Shown in pieces: positions 62,051 to 64,000 of a stretch of DNA of 64,000 bases. Below the pieces are notes generated by a model. It saw only the letters and a program-made list of their open reading frames with translations. It ran no database searches and had not been told where the DNA came from. The DNA lies in the NCBI GenBank assembly GCA_050273025.1, contig CP158635.1:33356001-33420000 (forward strand). Direction: 5' to 3'. A program made the position numbers and the translations under genes. The DNA is from Cenococcum geophilum (taxonomy: Eukaryota). The first letter of the stretch is position 1; each line of letters starts with the position of its first letter.

Positions 62051-62339
62051 CTATTTTATAATAAATCCCTAAAATTATTTAAAAAAGCTTAGTAGTAGGC
62101 TAAGGAAATACCTAACTCCTTAAGACGCAGCAAAAGCTAAAAAGTAGAGTAATTAATAACGATATTAACGAAACCTCCAACCTTAGGGACTAGTAGATTT
62201 CATCGCATATAAACCTCTACTCTATTAAAATGTTTTAGCAGAAACCCCCTAAACCGGCCTTTGAATAAGCCTTAATATTTAAATTTTTTAAAATAGCGAT
62301 ACTTAATAAGGCGATACTTAATAAGGCGATATTCCTTAA

Positions 62340-64000
62340 TCCCTATGACTAAACTATATATAACTAAGCGAGAGCGAAAGCGAGAGTGAATTAAATATTG
62401 ACCTTACTAGGCAGATCTAGTAGGTATAAATAGATAAGGAGAAATATAACGCTAAATGGGAAGAATATAAGGCGGAAGTTTCCTAATGGCTGAATAAAAT
62501 GCATATAATAACCGCTAAAATTATACCGTAACTAGATAATGTAAATAAAGCTAGCACACCCGGTAATATTAGGCTTGTAGGTAATAGAAGGGTTAGGAAT
62601 TACCGCCGGAGCAAAAAGGGCTAGCGAAAGAGGGTCACGGCGTTCTTTTTCAAAAGCTGCTTCTGTAGATAAACTAATATTATTAAATAATAATAGCGTT
62701 AGTGCTTCGCGTGCTTTAAACAAATTAGTAAATACCCAAAAATTATAAAAAGTAAGAACCCTATCGTAGATACTAAACTAGCGCAGCTTACCTTCCCTAT
62801 AATTATTAAATAGAAGTCTTGCTAAATAAAGTAAGTTGTTTTTAGCTTAAACTAATAATCTCTTATTCTAGATAAAATCTTTACTAGTAAGAGCACCTAT
62901 ATATAATACGCCAACCTTACTAGTTATCTAAAGATCTCTAAGTACTGCTTTATCTTTATATCTTTATCCGGCCGAAGAAACAGTTTTACTTATACCTACC
63001 TAACCTATAAGTTAAGGAACACTACTAACGGCTTCTATCCTGCCTGTAGTCTCTCCTATATAAGCTACCGCTCCGCCCATTACAGCCCTAACTCTAGCTA
63101 TAATAGCACCCCTAGAACCGATAGAGCGGACAGCTTTTAAGCTTGCTAAATAACTTCGGAGTTTTTAAGGCTGCACCTATAAATAGTATAGAGAGGTAGA
63201 TTAATTACACTAATAGCACTACTAACGCCCCGATATACATTCTAAGTGTTTTTCTTTATAGTAGATTACTACTATTATCCGCGGGTAGTATAATAGAGGA
63301 ACGCTACTTCTAGACGTGCTAAGTAGTACTAAAATGATAAAGCTAGCGGACCTCCGTAATGTTAACTGCTAGGGGGCTTTTAAGGGTATAAGTTGCTTTA
63401 CTGCCCCTAAAGATATTAGGACTTATAATAAGAACCTACCTAAAAACCTATACCTATTATAATACTACTCTACTAGTAATAAGAATCGCCGTGCTAAAGT
63501 AATGTTTAATATTAATAGTATCTGCTACTTTTCTAGCAGCTTAGGAATTACTTGTCGTGGGATTAATTAGTTTCCTAAAGCCTATCCTATTCTTAATATT
63601 ATTGTGGATATACACTTTGGCCTAAAAGTACCTATATATAATAGTAGAGGAGTATTATCTAAAAAGTACGTCCCACTTTATAAGATACCTCACTACTGTT
63701 TCGGCACTATTATTAGTATAGAGACACTTTTTATATTTATCTTTTTTCTAGCGCTTTATTTAGAAAGCGACTATAAGCACTCCATATACCTTAGTAAGGA
63801 AGATTAATAGCTTTAGTATAATGCGGTTCTCAGTCCTACTTTAACCAAGACAATTAAATACTTAAATATTTTGTAGCATTATCCCGCTTCCGCCTACATT
63901 ACTAATATAGATTTGGCTAAAGTAGCCGCGGAGTCTCTTACTTAAAAAGAATGTGCTAAGAACTAGCTTTTAAGACACGCACTACAGCCTTAATACCTTA
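62340..64000 (+). pseudogene. Hypothetical protein relic running off the window end
   Basis: De-RIPped LAKQLRSFQGCTHEQH (~63142-63190), FDIDSICCF.SSLG..RRGINWFPK, DIHFGLKVP...VPLHKIPHYCFG (ORF 63604-63807), DQQLWYDAVLSP...LQHYPAS. Function unknown; the 5' limit is uncertain. Confidence 0.6.

Overview
This is eukaryotic, AT-rich DNA, most likely from a filamentous ascomycete (Pezizomycotina). It is heavily mutated by RIP: CpA/TpG are depleted, TpA is enriched, and Gln/Trp/Arg codons have become stops. No intact gene was found, and all protein calls come from translating by eye and reverting C>T/G>A changes. Positions 1-19.8 kb are a nested transposon stack: a GalEa-type Copia, two inverted copies of one chromodomain Gypsy carrying an antisense Zn2Cys6-like ORF, a Tc1 (DD34E), a MULE fragment and a gag-only LTR element. 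From about 19.8 kb to the window end lies a different kind of block. It holds a DUF3505-like + tyrosine-recombinase-like + RecQ-helicase fusion gene of the telomere-linked helicase (TLH) type, a divergent partner gene, a SNF2 helicase, several hypothetical genes, an internally reshuffled two-gene cassette and minisatellite arrays. About 25 dispersed copies of one palindrome (T-tract GGAAG-S-CTTCC A-tract) mark this block but were not seen as full copies in the nested Gypsy/Harbinger insertion (45707-54651). The best candidate for an undescribed system is this block read as a giant (>40 kb) YR-helicase mobile element with its own dispersed recognition motif. Coordinates of relic genes are approximate.
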